Shown here: positions 26,972 to 36,887 of the stretch, piece by piece
Layout of the letters: the number at the start of each line of letters is the position of its first letter
How positions within the stretch are numbered: position 1 is the stretch's first letter
Source: an uncultured Acidimicrobiaceae bacterium
Lineage (GTDB): Bacteria; Actinomycetota; Acidimicrobiia; Acidimicrobiales; RAAP-2
Assembly (NCBI GenBank): GCA_963804255.1
Contig: CAWDPK010000006.1
Span: 126,559 to 190,558 of the forward strand
Length of the DNA stretch: 64,000 nt
Direction: 5' to 3'
Position numbers and translations under genes: made by a program
The notes under the pieces: model-generated
The model's database searches: none
Seen by the model: only the letters and a program-made list of their open reading frames with translations
What the model was told of the DNA's origin: nothing

Positions 26972-28128
26972 GGGTCGTGACCGCCTCGTAGAGTTCGAAA
27001 CCGAGACGGTCGAACTGCGGCTGCAAGGCCCCGAGGTCGAGATGGAACACCCTCGCGGCGTTCTCGTAGAGCACCTTCTGGGCGTCCGTCTCGCGTCACG
27101 TGCGGCATCCCGGCGAGCAGCCTCGCGTTGTCGATCACGTTGGGAAAGATCGACTCGGGGTGTGGGTGATCGACGCCGAACATTGCGTTCTCGCTGTGGA
27201 TCGTGAAGCCCCCTTCGGCCTCGTCGGCGCTGCCGAGCGCGCGGGCCGACAGCTGCGAGGGATGGAACGGCGAGATCCCGGCGTAGCAGTTCGACGCCCA
27301 GTATTCGCTGGGCAGCCGGGAGTACGGCTTGGACTGGCCGAGCGACTGCACGAAGTCGCTCCAGTCGTCGGCGACACGCGCTCGCTGGTCGAGCCGCTCG
27401 ATCATCGGCGCGATCCACCACGCCTCCGTCTCAATGAAGGAGATCTTCAAGTCCGGGAATCGCTCGAACACGCCACCCAGGATGAGCTGCCACAGCGACC
27501 GCCCGGAGAAGAACGAGTGCTCGGCGGCGAGCACCGAGAACGCCGCGAAGCCGGCGGGCTGGTAGTTCGGCGCGCCCGTACCGCCGTGCTGGCTGAGCGG
27601 CAGCTCGACGTCCTGGCACGCGGCCCAGATCGGGTCGAGGGCGGGGTCGAAGAAGAACTTCGATCCCGGGTAAAGCGGAGGCATCAGGATGCCGACAAGG
27701 CCCCGCTCCTTCGCCCAGCGGACGTCCTGTACGGCCTGGTCGACGTCGTCGAACGACACCAGCGCCTGCCCGTACAAGCGACCGGGCGCCTCGGAGCAGA
27801 AGTCGATCACCCAGCGGTTGAACGCCATGTTCGCCTGCCGGGTCTGCTCCGGGTCGGGCGCGTAGTCGAGCCGACCGGCCGCGAACGGCGCCCCGTTCGC
27901 GAAGAGGATCTCCGCGACGACGCCCTGGCCCTCGAGGTCGGCGAGCCGCCGTTTCGCGTCCCACTGGCCGTCCTCGAGCTGGGGGCGCACGAACCCGTCC
28001 GGCGTGCCCGTGACGCTCTCGAGCCACTCGTCAAACGCGCCGCGCCACTTCGGGTCGATGTAGTCGCGGTAGCCGGCGCGTGGTGCCTTGACATGACCGT
28101 CAACCGAGATGATCGCAGCTCGACCCAT
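26964..28128 (-). CDS. amidohydrolase family protein (Amidohydro_2), apparent 1-nt frameshift near 27090
   Basis: ATG 28128 (MGRAAIISVDGHV). FANGAPF, LYGQALVSFDD, GILMPPLYPG, FPDLKISFIETEAWW, FGVDHPHPES. The conserved tail DAQKVLYENAARVFHLDLGALQPQFDRLGFELYEAVTTPA-stop (26964) is in the adjacent frame. Confidence 0.8.
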
Positions 28129-28581
28129 CACGCCCCCGTGTCCAGGCCTCCGGGACCGCAGCCGGGGCCAGGACGGCAGTCTCGCACTGGGTGCGCTCGG
28201 AGGCAAGGGACGGCACTCGCTCTCCCTATGGCGGAGACCAGACGCGTTGCGCGTCGGCAGGATCGCTCGCCGCGCAATGTCTCCTTGTCTCGGCGGCTTC
28301 CTTTGCCTTTCCATCTGCCACGGAAGTTGGTGTTGGATGGAGATCGCAATGGTTCACTTCGGCACGACCAAGATGGTCTGACCGTGCCTGACCGAGGGGA
28401 GCGTGCCGGGCCCGTCCAACGCGCCCTCAATACGAGGTGGCGGAAACGGGGCACCGGAGCTCTGAGGGCAGCCGGTGGACCACTACGCCGACACGGTCCT
28501 CTCCGAGCCCGGCCGGTGTCCGCGGTTGGTCCAGATGGCCGGTTAGGCCCCGGGCCAGGTTCGCTTCTGATTGTGCCGGTG

Positions 28582-29847
28582 TTACACGGGCTCTATGTGC
28601 GCTGCCAGATCGGTGGCCATGCGACCGAGTGCGTCGGCGACGCTCAGCACGACCTTTGCCCCCTCGAATGGACCGATGGTGTGTGCAAAGCTCGCAAGTT
28701 CGTCGAGGCGTTCGACAAAGCGAATCCAAGCAGAACGCCGGTGAGGCAACAGGAAATTGGACCGGTACGGAAGCTGAAAGTTCGCCCCGGCGGTGAGGCC
28801 GGGATGCTCGGGGCCGACCTCCAGTTCAGCCAGCAGAAGACCCAGCGGATCGATGGCTTCGAACATCAAGTGCACCGCGCCGCGAGCAAGCACCGCACGC
28901 TGCTCGGACGTCTCATGCCCGAACGCAAAATAGCGGGCGATCATCTGGAGCAACAGCTCGTAGACGGCGTTGAAGAGGTCGGACGTCATCCCAGTCGCTC
29001 GATCGGTGATGTAAAAGTCAGGTTCGATCCCTTCTATGGGCCGCATTCCGGCCGCGACTACCGGGTGTGCCGGCTCGAACTCGGGATCGTCGCGGCGCAT
29101 TGACTCGTACTCACGGAGTACATCGAGGAACCGCCCAAAGTGTGCTTCGGCCCAATTGCCTCGCGTGCCTTCGCCGTGCTCAACGATGCGCTGCAAGGCT
29201 CTGGTCGCGCCGTCGAGGTCAACGATGGGCGACAAATCTGGCCAGCGAAATGTCTCCTCGTCGGTCTGATGGAACACCGGACCGATAAAGAGCTGGTTCT
29301 CGCCTAGCTTGTGCGCAAGTTCGACCAGCCCGGTTTCGATCGACCGATAGAGGTGGCCTTGGGTCGTGAAGTCCTGCGCCCGCGGCACGATCTCGTCGGC
29401 CCCCATCGGAGCCGATGTTGGTCCGTCGTGCTCGAATACGGCCGCGTCCGAGAGCTCCATACCATCGGGCCGCTCGAGGTAGACGAAGTGCTGCAACGCC
29501 GCCTCGCCGAATGGGAGCAACCGAAGTTGCACGCCCGGTGGGTAGCCCTTCGCTTGATGCGGCATGTGTGGACGGCTGACGAACGGAGCTGATCCAACCG
29601 CTGTGAGAAGGTTCTGCACCATTGACCAATGGAGCATTTCCTCGCGCGAGATGGCAAGGATGACCGATCGCCACCGAGCGATCGCGTCAAGTTGACTGGG
29701 CCGCACGCCAGGGCCGGGCTTCGTCTTTAAACTGAAGGCGGCGTAGAGATACTGGCACATCAGGCTATGTTCGAGCTCAGCTCCTTGGCAGAGGAGGTAC
29801 GTCAACTCCTTACGGCGCTCCACAACGATTGCTGACTCGGACGGCAT
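28582..29847 (-). CDS. ferritin-like domain protein (PF12902-type, VioB N-terminal-like)
   Basis: ATG 29847 (MPSESAIVVERRKELTYLLCQGAELEHSLMCQYLYAAFSLK), LAISREEMLHWSMVQNLLTAVG. Confidence 0.75.
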   Translation of the reverse strand: MPSESAIVVERRKELTYLLCQGAELEHSLMCQYLYAAFSLKTKPGPGVRPSQLDAIARWRSVILAISREEMLHWSMVQNLLTAVGSAPFVSRPHMPHQAKGYPPGVQLRLLPFGEAALQHFVYLERPDGMELSDAAVFEHDGPTSAPMGADEIVPRAQDFTTQGHLYRSIETGLVELAHKLGENQLFIGPVFHQTDEETFRWPDLSPIVDLDGATRALQRIVEHGEGTRGNWAEAHFGRFLDVLREYESMRRDDPEFEPAHPVVAAGMRPIEGIEPDFYITDRATGMTSDLFNAVYELLLQMIARYFAFGHETSEQRAVLARGAVHLMFEAIDPLGLLLAELEVGPEHPGLTAGANFQLPYRSNFLLPHRRSAWIRFVERLDELASFAHTIGPFEGAKVVLSVADALGRMATDLAAHIEPV

Positions 29848-29961
29848 GCGAAGTACCATATCTTGAAGGTTCAGTCGTGGTTTCAGTGTGGCAACCGCGT
29901 TCGCGGGGTTACCGCCGCCGGTCCCCACAACTGCCAAGGCCCCTCGGTAGAGTCGCCCCAA

Positions 29962-30885
29962 ATGAGACGGATGTTCCACGCAAGCGACGACCGAGACAGG
30001 ACCACTCGCGTTCGTTCCTTCTACGAGGGGGAAGGTTGGCAGTGGACTGACGGACTCTCGGGGGACGCCAGGAGATGGGGTCCGGGGGACCGCGGTCCGA
30101 TACGCCAGGCACTAGAACGACACCGGGTTGAGCAGCTTCGCCGCCTTCTCGGCCTCGAAGGCAGCTCTGCCGACGCCACTGAGACCTCGCTGCTGGAGCT
30201 CGGGTCTGGGGGTCAACCCGCCGTGTCGATCTTGGACGGCGTGGCCAACTACACGGCTCTCGATTTCTCGCGCCAAGGCCTGAAGGCCGCTGCCGCCGCG
30301 TTGGAGTCCTTTCCGATCGCTTCTCGTTTCGTCGAAGCCGACGCTCGGAAGCTGCCACTGCGCGACGCGCAGTTCGATGTTGTCTTCAGTGCACACATGA
30401 TCTACCACCTCCCAACCGCTCAAGACCAAGAGGCGGCGCTCCGCGAAATGGCACGAGTCCTGCGTCCCGGGGGAGTCCTCGCCGTCGTCACGAGCAAGCC
30501 GTATCCTTGGCTGTTTCCCCTCCGTTGTCTCCGGCGGGGCATCGCTCAACTTCCGTTCATTGGCTCTGTCGCCAACCGTCTTCGAAAACAACCCCCGTTG
30601 CCCTTCCTGCCGATGTCTCTGCGCTGGATGTGCAACATCTTGAACGACACAGGTGCGACCACGCTCCACGCTGATGGGATCGCCACGACGACTCTCAGCC
30701 AACGGCTCACCGAGCACAGGTGGTTCGGCCGGGCGATCTGGAAGTGCATTTCGCACCTCGAGATGTATTGGCCCCGCGTCGCGCAGCACATCGGGACCTA
30801 CACCTTGGTCCTCCTGAGGAAGGCGCCGACCACGTTGGCGTACCAAGCCCCGGACTCATCGAATCATTCGGCAACACACGACTAA
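29962..30885 (+). CDS. class I SAM-dependent methyltransferase
   Basis: LLELGSGGQP (motif I), ALDFS, FDVVFSAHMIYHL, LREMARVLRPGGVLAVV. Divergent from the ferritin-like gene. The start could be 29962 or 29971. Confidence 0.8.
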   Translation: MRRMFHASDDRDRTTRVRSFYEGEGWQWTDGLSGDARRWGPGDRGPIRQALERHRVEQLRRLLGLEGSSADATETSLLELGSGGQPAVSILDGVANYTALDFSRQGLKAAAAALESFPIASRFVEADARKLPLRDAQFDVVFSAHMIYHLPTAQDQEAALREMARVLRPGGVLAVVTSKPYPWLFPLRCLRRGIAQLPFIGSVANRLRKQPPLPFLPMSLRWMCNILNDTGATTLHADGIATTTLSQRLTEHRWFGRAIWKCISHLEMYWPRVAQHIGTYTLVLLRKAPTTLAYQAPDSSNHSATHD

Positions 30886-31158
30886 CGTCTCGGCGGCCGC
30901 GCGCGCCTTCACGGGCGAACTGGCCTGTGGCATTCGCTGGCACCCCGGTCGTCATTGGCACGCCGGATCAAAGTTGTCGAGATCGTGGCCCGGTTACCGA
31001 GACGCGAGGGCCGACGAGGTTAATCATCCCTGACTTCACATGGGGCTCGAGAAGCCGGCGCATGGAGACCTGCGAGTTGCTCTCCGAGGAGGTCGCTGTC
31101 CACTTTCGCTGACGCTCCAGTCAGGAGTCCACTCGGACGACCCCGCCGTTCGTCGTGC

Positions 31159-31192
31159 GAACTGTAAGGAGAAAAGAACTGTAAGGAGAAAA
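31159..31192. repeat. perfect 17-bp tandem duplication (gaactgtaaggagaaaa x2)
   Basis: Read directly from the sequence. Non-coding, AT-richer patch. Confidence 0.9.
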
Positions 31193-31213
31193 GGAGCCTG
31201 GGTCCGAAAAACA

Positions 31214-31239
31214 AGAAAGCGCCCCGAAGGGCGCTTTCT
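31214..31239 (-). terminator. rho-independent terminator candidate
   Basis: agaaagcgccc-cgaa-gggcgctttct (11-bp stem). On the minus strand it is followed by tgttttt. It lies about 120 nt downstream of the ABM gene stop. Confidence 0.6.
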
Positions 31240-31362
31240 GCCCGGGGCTCCGAACCGACAATCAAGAGCCCCCGTGCCCTGCCGACCAACCCGACCAGGC
31301 GTAGACCGATTCTGCCTCTGCTCCGCCGCGGTGTCAAGGGCGGATCACCCTTGGGCTGGAAC

Positions 31363-31668
31363 TCAGAAGGTGCCGGCCGCCTCTGCCTTTTCGAACACTT
31401 CGATCGTCGGAGGCCCTTGCACACCTATGCCTGCCGTGACCTTTTCGACCTTCGGGTTGCCATTGAAGAACGCATGAAAAGACTCGGCCGTATCCCACTC
31501 GTCGATGACGATGAGTTCGTTCTCGCTGGACGCGAAGGTGTGGTGGATGGCCCCGAGCTTCCTGGTGTCCTCGGTGATCTCCTCCAACAGCGCGTCATTC
31601 TCGGCCAGCGCAGCCAGGGCGCGCGTTACATCAGAAACGGGGAATCGTACGATGACAATGACGCTCAT
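31363..31668 (-). CDS. ABM (antibiotic biosynthesis monooxygenase-like) domain protein
   Basis: MSVIVIVRFPV...LIVIDEWDTAESFHAFF, 101 aa. Confidence 0.75.
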   Translation of the reverse strand: MSVIVIVRFPVSDVTRALAALAENDALLEEITEDTRKLGAIHHTFASSENELIVIDEWDTAESFHAFFNGNPKVEKVTAGIGVQGPPTIEVFEKAEAAGTF

Positions 31669-31790
31669 AGCTCGGGTGGCCTTTCTCTTGAGGATCCGGG
31701 GGAGACTAGCCCACCCCCCTCAGAACCGTTTGCCGCGTGACGAGGGGCACCTGGCAATGTCGTGGCGACTTCGGATTGAGTCCGGGTGTA

Positions 31791-31961
31791 TCAGGTCTTG
31801 GTGAGTTGACCCCCCAACACCTGATCGGCAGCCCACGCGACGAACCCCGCCGAGATCCATACAAATCCCGATGTGCTGAGAAAGGTGTTGGTGTTCCTGG
31901 CGAACGCGATGAGGGCGAAGATGAACATCACGAGCGCTGCGAGGACGAAAAGACGCCGCAT
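31791..31961 (-). CDS. 56-aa small membrane protein (below ORF-track cutoff)
   Basis: AAGGAG SD 7 nt before ATG 31961. MRRLFVLAALVMFIFALIAFARNTNTFLSTSGFVWISAGFVAWAADQVLGGQLTKT: two predicted TM helices. Stop at 31791. Confidence 0.55.
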   Translation of the reverse strand: MRRLFVLAALVMFIFALIAFARNTNTFLSTSGFVWISAGFVAWAADQVLGGQLTKT

Positions 31962-32214
31962 TGTGGTCTCCTTGTTGTTGCACCAGATGAGATACTTGAC
32001 ATACTACGGTCGGCAACTCGTCGATTCCTGCGACTAGGACGCCACGCGACGAGGCCTCGCTGTTCCTACTCAAATTGCTGATCCCGACGCTCCGTGTGAA
32101 CGGTAGACGAAAGCCCGCCGCCGCCTTTTGGCGAACTCGAGGCAGCCACGAGCTTGAGTCATTGATTTTGCGACCGGGGCCGCAAGGCGCGGTGGTGACT
32201 TCCACCCCTCCTTG

Positions 32215-32535
32215 TCAGGACCCAGGCGGTCGGTATTTGACGCCGGCATCACGAGCCTTGTCGATCTCTTCGGGAGTCAGCAACACGGTTGTTGTGACGG
32301 TCGCACCCCCGCCAGCCGAGACCGTCAATGCCAGCGCGGCGGCGGCCGCATTGTCCGGAAAGTCGCCAACGATGTAGGCGTCTGTCGCACCGAAGGCAAA
32401 ATAGAAGGACTCGACCTTGCCCCCGGCACTCTTTGCCGCGGCCTGCGCGGCAGTCTTCCGGGCGGAGCCCCCTTTGTCGAGGACACCCTTGACGCCGTCG
32501 AGCGTGTAGTTCACTTGAAGCAGGTATTTAGGCAC
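32215..32535 (-). CDS. GYD domain protein
   Basis: GTG start with a GAGGGG SD. PKYLLQVNYTLDGVKGVLDKGGSARK...GGKVESFYFAFGATDAYIV. Confidence 0.8.
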   Translation of the reverse strand: MPKYLLQVNYTLDGVKGVLDKGGSARKTAAQAAAKSAGGKVESFYFAFGATDAYIVGDFPDNAAAAALALTVSAGGGATVTTTVLLTPEEIDKARDAGVKYRPPGS

Positions 32536-32776
32536 AACCCCTCTTTTCGGTAGGTCCTACGAGTATGGCGCAGCGCCGAAAGCCGTGCCCCTGAGATCGA
32601 CGAGCCCGAGCGAGCGGGCACCAAGAGTTTGCCGTGAGCGTTGACTCGGTGGACGCCCTGGGATCGCAGGCGGAACGCCTCACTCGGGCCTCCCCTTGCC
32701 CAACTGGCTCCCATCGGTTGTCCCGGGCCAGCCGACATCCAAGTGACTTAGAGCCTTGTAATGCCCCTCCACGCCA

Positions 32777-33871
32777 TCATCGGCCGAGCAGCTGGCCGAG
32801 TGCGCCGAGCAGAAGCTCGACGTTGCGTGGACGAGCCGTGTGGCCCATGCACCCGATGCGCCAGACCGTTCCCGCCATAGGCCCCACTCCTGCGCCGATC
32901 TCGATGCCATAGTGGTTCAGCAGCATGGTCCGCACGTCGGCCTCGCTCACGCCTCTAGGTAGATCGTCGGGCACCCGAACGGTGGTGAGTTGGGGGAGGC
33001 GGCATTGGGGCGGCGCCACCAGCTCGAGACCGAGCTTCTCCAGCCCGTCTTGGAGCAGGCGTCCGCACGTCTCGTGCCGGGTCCACGACTTGCTGAGCCC
33101 TTCGTCGAGCAATGCACCGAGCCCGGCGTGCAGCGCGAAGACCATCGCAACGGGAGCCGTGTGATGGTATGTGCGGCCAGCCTCGCCCTCCACGTACCGA
33201 GAGATCAGCCCGAGGTCGAAATACCACGACGGGGGTCGGTCCACCAACCGCTGCCGGGCGCGGTCAGACACTGTGAGTGGCGCCAGTCCCGGCGGCACTC
33301 CCAGGCACTTCTGAGTCCCGCTGTATGCCAGGTCGACGCCCCACGCGTCCACCTCGACCGGGATACCTCCGAGGGAGGTGACGGTGTCGACCAGAAGCAA
33401 GGCATCACCCTTGCCCGCCGCTAGTGGCTCCACTTCGTTCCGGACCCCGGTGGAGGTTTCCGCGTGGACGACGGCGATCACCGCGGGAGCCGGGTGCGCG
33501 TCGAGCAGCGCGTCGGGATCCAAGGGCTCACCCCACGGGGCCTCGACGCGTACCACCTCAGCACCAGCCCGGCTGGCCACCTCACAAAGGCGCTCTCCGA
33601 AGAGACCGTTCACCCCTACGACCACCGTTTCGCCGGGCCGGACGACATTCACCAGCGCCGCCTCCATACCCGCCGAGCCAGTACCGCTCACCGGGAACGT
33701 CAGCGCGTTGTCTGTTTGGAACACCGCGCGCAGACGCTCACAGGTCTGATCGAGGACCTCTAAGAACTCGGGGTCCAAGTGGCCGAGCATCGGCCGCGTA
33801 AAGGCTGCCACGACCTCCGGGTAGAGGTTCGAGGGACCGGGCCCCATGAGTATGCGGTCAGATAACGTCAT
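32777..33871 (-). CDS. class V aminotransferase (alanine--glyoxylate / serine--pyruvate aminotransferase family)
   Basis: ILMGPGPSNLYPEV, FPVSGTGSAGMEAA, VVHAETSTGV, LLLVDTVTSLGG, YSGTQKCLGVPPGLAP (PLP lysine). Confidence 0.9.
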   Translation of the reverse strand: MTLSDRILMGPGPSNLYPEVVAAFTRPMLGHLDPEFLEVLDQTCERLRAVFQTDNALTFPVSGTGSAGMEAALVNVVRPGETVVVGVNGLFGERLCEVASRAGAEVVRVEAPWGEPLDPDALLDAHPAPAVIAVVHAETSTGVRNEVEPLAAGKGDALLLVDTVTSLGGIPVEVDAWGVDLAYSGTQKCLGVPPGLAPLTVSDRARQRLVDRPPSWYFDLGLISRYVEGEAGRTYHHTAPVAMVFALHAGLGALLDEGLSKSWTRHETCGRLLQDGLEKLGLELVAPPQCRLPQLTTVRVPDDLPRGVSEADVRTMLLNHYGIEIGAGVGPMAGTVWRIGCMGHTARPRNVELLLGALGQLLGR

Positions 33872-34107
33872 CTCGAAATTTTACCGGAGGGCTTGGCCCG
33901 ACAACGGGGGTATCTTGGCCCATGTAGTCGAACATCACGCCGTCGATGAGTCGCTCATCGTCGCTCGATGAGTCGTGCGCCCTGAGCACGGGCAGTCACG
34001 TCGTTCGACCAGCGCTCGGTCGTCAGATCTTGTACCCGACCGAGCGGTAACGGTCCAAAAGTGGTCCGAAGCGCGCCGGCGCGGTGACCGAGCACCCGTG
34101 CGGCCGG

Positions 34108-34689
34108 TCACCTGGACTGTGTGTCCTGCTCCACGGCCGCGCTCGACAGCACCTTCTGCTCGGCTGCGGTCATCGGCGGGGCGGGGGTGGTGGCCTTGGT
34201 CGACGAGCTGCTGCTGGCCGGAACATTGGTCGTGAGCCCGACCGCCTCCACGACGTCGCCGTCCTGCCAATAGATCTCGTAGGTGTGGCCGCCGCTACTG
34301 CGCTCGATGGCCGAAGAACCCAGTTGCTTGGGCGGGGTGCCCGAGGTCGTGGACGTCCCTGACCGGGCGCCGGCCAGGAGTGCCACCGCGGCCTTCAAGC
34401 TGGTGCAGGCCACCAACTCCGACACCAGACCCTCCCGGCCCGATGCGCTCTCAAAGGCCTCCTCGGCGGCGTTGGGACAGGTCTTCTGGCCGGTCTTGGT
34501 GGTGGTCGTGACCTTTTCGGCGACCTTGGGAAAGCCGGCCGCCTTGGCGTAGGAGGACGTCAGCAACCCCTTGGCCAGGGATTTGGGTGACGCCGCGGTG
34601 CTCGCCCCCGCCGCCGCTTGAGCCGCCAATGTCACGGGCAGCGCGACGGTCAGCACCAGGGCGGCCAAGAGCTTTCGGTTGATTATCAG
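34108..34689 (-). CDS. secreted protein (hypothetical)
   Basis: The ORF-track TTG start (34668) lacks an n-region. A CTG at 34689, 6 nt after GGAG, would give (M)IINRKLLAALVLTVALPVTLAAQAAAG, a canonical signal peptide. The C-terminus is Ser/Thr-rich. Confidence 0.6.
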   Translation of the reverse strand: MIINRKLLAALVLTVALPVTLAAQAAAGASTAASPKSLAKGLLTSSYAKAAGFPKVAEKVTTTTKTGQKTCPNAAEEAFESASGREGLVSELVACTSLKAAVALLAGARSGTSTTSGTPPKQLGSSAIERSSGGHTYEIYWQDGDVVEAVGLTTNVPASSSSSTKATTPAPPMTAAEQKVLSSAAVEQDTQSR

Positions 34690-35023
34690 GCTGTGCTCCG
34701 AATCAGATCGGCTTCGGTGTGACAGGTTGCCACGGATCTGTGACCGGAAGGAACGCTGACGGTGCCGGGCACTCGAAGGCGGTCCGCAGGCACCCGAGCC
34801 AGCTGCCGGGGGTGGGCCCAGTGCGTGACGTCACCCGGCCCGTGCGTTTGGCGCGGTCCTGGTGGCGGGGACCAGAGTGCAGGCCGGGGCCCGAGACGGG
34901 GGAGCCTCGCCTCGGCTCTAAGGTGTCGCCTCTGATGTGTCGCCCCGAAGAGCTCCCAGCGTGGTTCGTAGCACCGTCTCCAACATGATGATCGACCCGA
35001 GGCGCCCCACATGCGTCCGATGA

Positions 35024-35905
35024 GTGGGCGGCGTCCGGCTCCTCAGCGCGGTCGCGATTGTCGTCCTGGGTGCGATCGCATATGCGTTCTTTGGCAGCGT
35101 GAGCGCGATCGATGGGGATCGAATGGCCCGGTTGGTGATCCCTTCGCCGGGGATGACCCAGTTCAAGTCTCATCCGTTCGAATCGAAATTCGAACCTCCC
35201 GCAGGGAGCTCATCTTCTGTCCTCAGGGGGGCCGCCACGACCCACCCGACCGAGACGGGCATCTATCAGGTGGCCTGGCGGGGCCGTTCCACAACCAGTG
35301 AAACCGGCGTCATGGTCGAGCTCCTGCCCTCCTCGACATTGGCCCGCTCTGCGCGAAACCAGCTGCAGTACGAGTACGGCAATCCGAAGCAACTCACGAC
35401 CGAAACGCTCACCTTGACCGGGAAGTTCTCGGTGGCGGGCCTCTCCGGAGCCTTTGGTGCGACCTATAAACAGAAGTCCTCATCGACGTCCTCGGCGAGC
35501 TCGCCAAAGATCTACGTCGTGCTCTTCCAGGTCAATCGGGTGGCCGCATTTGCGCTGACTGAGAGCACAGATTCGTCGATCAACGAAAAGGTCGTGGGAT
35601 CCATTGCCCTCTCCGAAGCGCGCCGGCTTGGCCAGACAGAACCGGGCTTCTTGTTGACTCACAAGGTCCGACCCGTCTTGCGGGCGGTGTTGTTCGCCCT
35701 GGTGACCCTTGGGTTGGCCGGTGGAGTCCTTGCCTTCCCGAGGATTCGGAAGTTCATGGCCCGCCGCCGCGAGCGCCAGGAGGACCGGGCTCGCCTTCGT
35801 GCGCAGCACCACGTTCGCTCGCGGGGCAGCAAGGTCATGCAGCGACAGCGCGTTCCGGCCTGGCAGCAACGCCAGACAACCGGCAAACGCAGATCGGGTG
35901 GTTAG
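35024..35905 (+). CDS. membrane protein (hypothetical)
   Basis: N-terminal TM (LLSAVAIVVLGAIAYAFFG), an extracytoplasmic domain, a second TM (VLFALVTLGLAGGVLAF) and a basic tail. Confidence 0.6.
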   Translation: MGGVRLLSAVAIVVLGAIAYAFFGSVSAIDGDRMARLVIPSPGMTQFKSHPFESKFEPPAGSSSSVLRGAATTHPTETGIYQVAWRGRSTTSETGVMVELLPSSTLARSARNQLQYEYGNPKQLTTETLTLTGKFSVAGLSGAFGATYKQKSSSTSSASSPKIYVVLFQVNRVAAFALTESTDSSINEKVVGSIALSEARRLGQTEPGFLLTHKVRPVLRAVLFALVTLGLAGGVLAFPRIRKFMARRRERQEDRARLRAQHHVRSRGSKVMQRQRVPAWQQRQTTGKRRSGG

Positions 35906-36044
35906 CGGCTAACCCGGGTCCGGTCGTCCATGACATCGCACCGTCGTCGGGTGCGACCATTCGGGCCCGCACGAGTCGCCTCCCCGGGGCGGCCCGAGGG
36001 CGCTGGTTCCTGCTCCGAGACGCCCCAAGGGGTAAACACCGCCC

Positions 36045-36830
36045 ATGAGAGACTGGAGTCAGTCGATCGAGACGAGGTCGCCAATGGGCGCGATTCGGCG
36101 TCACCGAAATGCTGTGGCCGAGGTAGCGGCGCTCGTCCTGCCTCTCGGGGTTGCGGCCGCCCTGGTCCCGTTTCGGTCGAGCTTTGCCAACACCGCCTCG
36201 GCCCTCGTTCTGGTCGCCGCGGTGGTCGGGGTTGCCGTGATCGGCAACCGGACGGCCGGGTTCCTCGCAACGGTCTCCTCCACCTTGTGGTTCGACTTCT
36301 TTCTCACTCGCCCCTACGAGCGATTGGCCATCACCCACCGGCCCGACATCGAGACCGCAGTGAGCCTTTTTGTGGTGGGCATCGTCGTGACCGAGCTGGC
36401 CGCCCGCAGCCGGCATCATCAGGAGGTCGCGAACCAAGAGTCCGACTACATCGGCCTCATCTACAGCATCTCGGAGCTCGCCTCTTCAGGTGCACCGGCC
36501 CTTGAGGTGATCGAGCGGGTGCGGACCGAACTCATCGGTCTGCTCCACCTTCGGTCTTGCCGCTACGAGCCCGGCCTGCCCGAACGCCCGAGGATGCGCC
36601 TGGAACGAAACGGCCACGTCATCATCGGGAGCAAGGTCTGGGGTGTCCACGAAATGGGCCTTCCGGGTCCCGAGCTGGAGTTAGTTGTCCAGGCCCGGGG
36701 GCACACCTTGGGCCGCTTCGTGCTCAAACCGACCCCAGGATTGCCGGTGTCGTTCCAACGTCGGGTGGTGGCGGTGGCCATCACCGATCAGGTCGGTGCG
36801 GCACTGAGGCCGCAGCTTCGATCGGTGTAA
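36045..36830 (+). CDS. DUF4118 domain membrane protein (KdpD-type sensor membrane module) with C-terminal GAF-like region
   Basis: LVLVAAVVGVAVIGNRTAGFLATVSSTLWFDFFLTRPYERLAI...ETAVSLFVVGIVVTELAARSR. Confidence 0.7.
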   Translation: MRDWSQSIETRSPMGAIRRHRNAVAEVAALVLPLGVAAALVPFRSSFANTASALVLVAAVVGVAVIGNRTAGFLATVSSTLWFDFFLTRPYERLAITHRPDIETAVSLFVVGIVVTELAARSRHHQEVANQESDYIGLIYSISELASSGAPALEVIERVRTELIGLLHLRSCRYEPGLPERPRMRLERNGHVIIGSKVWGVHEMGLPGPELELVVQARGHTLGRFVLKPTPGLPVSFQRRVVAVAITDQVGAALRPQLRSV

Positions 36831-36887
36831 GGCGAGGAACGAGACCACCGCCCAGACTGGTGACGGCGGGCCCTCGCCCCCCGGCAG

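Noticed and set aside
27100-29103. 667-aa plus-strand ORF
   Set aside because: It is antisense to the amidohydrolase and ferritin-like genes. It is a shadow ORF.
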